Assembly: GCF_000016745.1 (NCBI RefSeq)
Contig: NC_009483.1
Coordinates: forward strand, 1,200,001 to 1,232,000
Reading direction: 5' to 3'
DNA from: Geotalea uraniireducens Rf4
Lineage (GTDB): Bacteria > Desulfobacterota > Desulfuromonadia > Geobacterales > Geobacteraceae
DNA length: 32,000 bases
Both the position numbers and the translations under genes were made by a program. Below the pieces are notes generated by a model. That model was not told the origin of the DNA. It saw only the letters and a program-made list of their open reading frames with translations, and ran no database searches. Of the stretch, positions 27,882-32,000 are shown piece after piece. Numbering within the stretch: position 1 is the stretch's first letter; each line of letters begins with the position of its first letter.

Positions 27882-29579
27882 ATGCTCACAGCATTGCATC
27901 TCGGTAATTTCAAGGCATTTGCCGAAATCCAGAATATCCCGATCCGGCCCATTACCCTTATCTTTGGCCCTAATAGCGCTGGCAAGTCCAGCATCATCCA
28001 CAGCTTGGCTCTGGCCCATGAGGCCAGCCGGAAGGGTGATCTGGATATCTTCCGCACTGAGGTTGGTGGTAGTTCTATCGATCTGGGGGGCTTCCGGCAA
28101 TACATCCATCGCCGACAGGCCAATCGACGTATGGAGTGGGGGGCAACCTTTGACACTTCTTGTCTCTCTGGCAGACTGGGCGAATTGTTGAAGCCGGTCG
28201 GCACCATCTCTGCTCATATTACCATTGGCATGCCGCTGGACGACCAGGATAAGCCGCTTGCCGGGACATTGCCGGGAGTGATTTCCTACGAACTGGAAAG
28301 CAGGGGCGAGATGCTGGTCCGCATGAGCAAACGCCCGGATGGAAGTATGGCAGTTGATCGATTGAATCACGATCATCCGGTGATCAAGCAGGTCGTCATG
28401 GCGGTGCTGGAGAGCGGCACAACAACGCAAAATGTACAGGAAGCAGATTATAATGCCTTGACTGAAACAATTGCAGAAATTGTCTCTTCGCTTCGCACAA
28501 CGGGAAGTAAGTTTTTCCCTGAGGGGATCGTAGACAAAAGCAAACAAACGGAAGAAACCGATACGCCGATGCCGTTTTTCAGCGTCAGCAAAGGCAACCG
28601 TACCGAAGACTTATCCCGAGCGCTCAGATTTTTTCTTCCACGTTCGTTGAACGAATTGGTCACAGGTCTGTCCAAGACAGTACAAACTGAGTTCGCTCGT
28701 CTGTTGTATCTCGGACCTCTTCGTTCCTATCCTCCACGGCATTTGGCCTTTTCCGAGCATGATGACATCAACTGGTATGCAGGTGGCGGTTATACTTGGG
28801 ACGTAGTACGCCGTAATGACGCAGTCCGCGAGTCGGTAAACGAATGGCTGAGTTCCAGTAAACTGAAAACTCCATACAAGCTGATGGTGCGCTCATTGGT
28901 AGCTGCCGACCGATTGAAGGAACCTATCGAATCTGGGCTTGCTCAAATTGAGAATGACGAAGAGGCCATGTTCGTTGGGTCAATTGATAAAGATGGCTAT
29001 GTAATGAAACATTATCCTCCGAAGGATGATTCACGTTGTTTTTTCGAAGATATTGAGACCTCAGCCGAACTCATTGCGAAAATAGTAGAATCAGCTGAAA
29101 TCGACCGCATCCGTGATCTAGTATTGGTAGACCAGCGATCTAATACTGTTGTCACCCACCGCGATGTCGGCATTGGAATCTCGCAGGTTCTGCCTGTGCT
29201 TGTCATGGCCTATGGATCACAACACAAACTGGTCGCGATGGAACAACCGGAAATTCACCTACATCCAGCGCTTCAGGCAGAGTTGGGAGATGTTTTTATT
29301 AAATCGGCGTTAGGGGAACAGAAAAACACGTTCATACTTGAAACTCATAGCGAGCATCTAATTCTGAGATTTATGAGGCGATTGCGCGAAACTTACCAAA
29401 AAAAGGATAATGGCTTGCCTCCAATAACTCCAATGGATATCTCAGTACTTTATGTTGAACCGGATGGGCCTCACAGCATAGTACGAGAAATGCCCCTCAA
29501 TGAACTTGGGGAACTTGTGAAAGCTTGGCCGGGAGGCTTCTTCGAAGAAGGTCTCAGGGAGCAGTTCGGCGATGCTTGA
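27882..29579 (+). CDS. ABC-type (AAA_15/AAA_21-style) ATPase with DUF3696-like C-terminus (565 aa)
   Basis: Walker A GPNSAGKSS. Signature-like GIGISQVLPVL. Walker B-like LVAMEQPEIHLHP. ETHSEHL. C-terminal WPGGFFEEGL. Confidence 0.85.
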   Translation: MLTALHLGNFKAFAEIQNIPIRPITLIFGPNSAGKSSIIHSLALAHEASRKGDLDIFRTEVGGSSIDLGGFRQYIHRRQANRRMEWGATFDTSCLSGRLGELLKPVGTISAHITIGMPLDDQDKPLAGTLPGVISYELESRGEMLVRMSKRPDGSMAVDRLNHDHPVIKQVVMAVLESGTTTQNVQEADYNALTETIAEIVSSLRTTGSKFFPEGIVDKSKQTEETDTPMPFFSVSKGNRTEDLSRALRFFLPRSLNELVTGLSKTVQTEFARLLYLGPLRSYPPRHLAFSEHDDINWYAGGGYTWDVVRRNDAVRESVNEWLSSSKLKTPYKLMVRSLVAADRLKEPIESGLAQIENDEEAMFVGSIDKDGYVMKHYPPKDDSRCFFEDIETSAELIAKIVESAEIDRIRDLVLVDQRSNTVVTHRDVGIGISQVLPVLVMAYGSQHKLVAMEQPEIHLHPALQAELGDVFIKSALGEQKNTFILETHSEHLILRFMRRLRETYQKKDNGLPPITPMDISVLYVEPDGPHSIVREMPLNELGELVKAWPGGFFEEGLREQFGDA

Positions 29580-30501
29580 CGAATATGCTCTGGTACCCGA
29601 CATTTTTGACCCTGCGGCTTATACCAATAACGTGCTTGCAGATGCATATTTACCGTTTCTGAAAGAGCCTTTGTTCAATGAGGCCATTGTTCGTGATATT
29701 CATAACGGAGCGTGGAGTCAGTATTGTCTCTCAAATGCTGCGAACCTTCATCGACTTACTAAAGAGATAATACGCAAACTCATCCAAAATAATCGATTAA
29801 GTCGCTTTCCGGCTCAGTCTTCAGACATACCAGCGCATGCACAAGACTGGTGCAATGAGAGCCTGCGAAGTCATACTGTCACTCCCCTTACTGGCATCAT
29901 TGCCTCCCATTCAACTAAACAGACCTTTGCTCAAGCTGAAGTTGCATCAATAGAAATGCTGACAGGCACGAATTGGTGGCAGCGCAGGAGCCCGTCTGTC
30001 ACGGTTGATCGCAAAACAAACACTTATCTTGCTGTCCTGGATAGGGTGTTCCATCAGGCGAACTCTTTAATGTTTATCGATCCGAATCTTGATCCAAGTT
30101 CTCGCAATTACCGGGAGTTTTCTCGACTGCTCACACCTTTGAGCCAACGGCAGTTGCGTCCGAGGATCGAAATTCACCGGAGTCTTTGCCAGGGAGATGG
30201 GCGTGCTCGCACGTTCCCGACAGAAGCAGACTGGAAAGTGAGTTTTGCTGGATTGGGGGCGGATCTACATGCCTGCGGCCTGACAGCCGAGGTTTTTCTT
30301 TGGGATGATTTTCACGAGCGCTACCTGATTACCGATATCGTCGGGGTCAGCGTGCCTGCTGGCTTCGACGTAACCGGCAAGAAGGATGATTGGTCTACCT
30401 GGGGGCGACTCGGGCGTGAAGACAAGGACAAGATTCAACGTCTTTTTGATCCCGCAGCGAGACCTGAGAGTCTGAAGTGGCACTTTCAGATCGGGGCATG
30501 A
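29572..30501 (+). CDS. Unknown 309-aa protein translationally coupled to the ATPase; possible degenerate PLD/MIT_C-like fold at the C-terminus
   Basis: ATGCTTGA overlap (8 nt) with the ATPase gene. FIDPNLD ... FHERYLITDIVGVSVPAGFD (H-x-R-x4-D ... GFD, nt 30313-30369). I recognise no other motif. Confidence 0.6.
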   Translation: MLDEYALVPDIFDPAAYTNNVLADAYLPFLKEPLFNEAIVRDIHNGAWSQYCLSNAANLHRLTKEIIRKLIQNNRLSRFPAQSSDIPAHAQDWCNESLRSHTVTPLTGIIASHSTKQTFAQAEVASIEMLTGTNWWQRRSPSVTVDRKTNTYLAVLDRVFHQANSLMFIDPNLDPSSRNYREFSRLLTPLSQRQLRPRIEIHRSLCQGDGRARTFPTEADWKVSFAGLGADLHACGLTAEVFLWDDFHERYLITDIVGVSVPAGFDVTGKKDDWSTWGRLGREDKDKIQRLFDPAARPESLKWHFQIGA

Positions 30502-30592
30502 TGCTGCACATATTTTAGAGTCGTCTTCCTAGTTTATAGAGATGGTGTTAAGTGCTGATACGAAATGTTTGACGGAGGCAAATACATTCGCA

Positions 30593-31756
30593 ATGAGTCC
30601 CATTATGTTCCACTCAATACTCCCTTTCCTCATCATCGCGCCTCCGCTCGTCTACGCCCTGATCTCACTTTGGTGCGGCCGTGCCCATTTTAGCCGCAAA
30701 AGGCCGCAAAACGCCACTCTCCCGCCGGTGACCATCCTCAAGCCGGTCAAGGGGATGGATGCGGAGAGCTTTGCCAACTTCGCCTCCTTCTGTTGTCAGG
30801 ACTATCCCTGCTTCCAGATGGTGTTCGCCGTTGCGTCGGCTGAAGACCCGGCAATTCCGGTAATCAATCGGCTGATGGCGGAATTCCCGGCCGTCGACAT
30901 GGAACTGGTGGTGGACGGACGGCTCTACGGCCCCAACTACAAGGTCTGCAACCTGATCAACGCCTTCCCCATGGCAAAATATGACATCATCATCGTCTGC
31001 GACAGCGACATCCGCGTGGGGGAGCGGTATCTGCAGGAGGTATGCGCGCCGTTCAGCGACCCTGAGGTGGGGCTCGTGACCTCGTTGTACCGGACTACCG
31101 GGGTGTACGGGGCCGCGAGCGCCATAGAGGCAATGGGGTTCACCACGGAGATGGTGCCGAACGTGATGGTGGCGCTCAAGCTTGAAGGGCTTTCCTTTGC
31201 CCTCGGCGCTTCCATGGCGGTGAGAAGGGCTGCGCTGGAGAAGATCGGCGGTTTCACCGCGCTTGTGGATTACCTGGCGGACGATTATCAGCTTGGCAAT
31301 AAGGTCTGGCGCGCCGGCTACCGGTTGGAGCTTTCCGACTACTACGTGGAAAGCATCATGCATCGGGAAACCCTGAAAAACATCCTCTCCCGCCAGCTGC
31401 GCTGGGCCCGCACCATGCGGGTCAGCCGTCCCGGCGGCTACTTTGCATCAGGCATCACCCAGCCATTCCCCGCGGCGTGCCTCTCCCTCGTCGTTTCCGG
31501 CTTCTCCCTGCCGGGTCTTGCGGCGGCAATTCTCCTTTACGCCTGCCGCGCCGTTACGGCGCTTGTCTACAGCCGTTCCTTCGTCCGCGACAATATCTTC
31601 CCCCGTTGGCTCTGGCTCCTCCCCGTGCGGGATTTCTTCGCCTTTGCCACCTGGGCGCTCTCTTTTCTCGGTAACCGCGTCAGCTGGCGCGGGCACCTGT
31701 TCCGGCTCCTACCCGGCGGCCGGATCGAGGAAGAGGGGCCTTTTCCTTCCCCATAA
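30593..31756 (+). CDS. hpnI: Family-2/21 glycosyltransferase, HpnI-like (hopanoid-associated, ceramide-glucosyltransferase-like)
   Basis: N-terminal TM, then PPVTILKPVKG. IVCDSDI (DxD). SRQLRWART ((Q/R)xxRW). C-terminal TM helices. The start is ambiguous (30542, 30593, 30605); GGAGG lies at 30574-30578. Confidence 0.7.
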   Translation: MSPIMFHSILPFLIIAPPLVYALISLWCGRAHFSRKRPQNATLPPVTILKPVKGMDAESFANFASFCCQDYPCFQMVFAVASAEDPAIPVINRLMAEFPAVDMELVVDGRLYGPNYKVCNLINAFPMAKYDIIIVCDSDIRVGERYLQEVCAPFSDPEVGLVTSLYRTTGVYGAASAIEAMGFTTEMVPNVMVALKLEGLSFALGASMAVRRAALEKIGGFTALVDYLADDYQLGNKVWRAGYRLELSDYYVESIMHRETLKNILSRQLRWARTMRVSRPGGYFASGITQPFPAACLSLVVSGFSLPGLAAAILLYACRAVTALVYSRSFVRDNIFPRWLWLLPVRDFFAFATWALSFLGNRVSWRGHLFRLLPGGRIEEEGPFPSP

Positions 31757-31879
31757 CTGCAAAACTCCAAGCAGCTTTCATTCACGACTTGCTGAAATAA
31801 ATGCTCTTCCGGTGATGCTGTTTGCCGCGTGTCTGTTATAATCTTGACTGATTTAACCATATCAAAAGCCACAGTTGGT

Positions 31880-32000
31880 CACGGATTAACACGGATCTGG
31901 ACGGATTTACACGGATAAATCAGGACATATTCCGGTTTCAGGCCATACCCCTTTGGGTCTTGGTTCTCGGTCTTCTAAATCCGTGAAAATCCGTACAAAT
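31880..32000. repeat. Second phased-heptamer element: (C/G)ACGGAT at 31880, 31890, 31900, 31910 and inverted ATCCGT(G/A) at 31979, 31989; continues past the window end
   Basis: Read directly; the spacing is exactly 10 bp. The architecture is the same as at 19691-19816, with G instead of A at heptamer position 5. Confidence 0.6.

Noticed and set aside
27882-30501. Assignment of the ATPase pair to PARIS (AriA/AriB), or of the ATPase to PrrC/RloC
   Set aside because: The ATPase class and the R-M linkage fit. However, the partner lacks any visible Toprim/DUF4435 signature, and the ATPase lacks an anticodon-nuclease C-domain or a Rad50-like zinc hook. It is kept as an unknown pair instead.
30665-31363. 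232-aa minus-strand ORF opposite the HpnI-like gene
   Set aside because: It is an antisense shadow. The glycosyltransferase motifs (DSD, QLRW) are on the plus strand.

Overview
GC-rich bacterial chromosomal segment; the gene content gives an unverified impression of Geobacter/Desulfuromonadales. Five blocks are visible. (1) 1-7531, minus strand: a tightly overlapping four-gene Wadjet-like (JetABCD/MksBEFG-type) SMC operon. jetD runs off the left edge and is missing from the ORF track. (2) 7842-9200: an orphan XRE-HTH/ImmA-IrrE metallopeptidase fusion with a candidate promoter and operators. (3) 9625-18962: a hopanoid cluster, with hpnH-dxs-hpnA-shc on the minus strand and hpnN divergent on the plus strand. 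It is followed by a YtqB/MnmM-like methyltransferase and a ChaN-like lipoprotein. (4) about 20.75-30.55 kb: a visibly more AT-rich island. It holds an RtcR-type CARF/sigma-54 activator, a near-consensus -24/-12 promoter 3 nt after its stop codon, and then a six-gene packed operon: type I R-M hsdR-hsdM-hsdS, an 83-aa basic repeat protein, an ABC ATPase, and a translationally coupled 309-aa protein of unknown family. (5) 30593-31756: an HpnI-like glycosyltransferase, so the island appears to interrupt the hopanoid locus. The strongest candidate for something undescribed is the CARF-bEBP/sigma-54-gated R-M operon with its appended ATPase+partner module. Other oddities are a 7-nt x 11 tandem repeat inside hpnN, two related elements built from 10-bp-phased CACG(A/G)AT heptamers, and long inverted repeats around dxs. 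I recognised no rRNA, tRNA or CRISPR array. All family assignments come from motifs read by eye and from memory; no searches were run.
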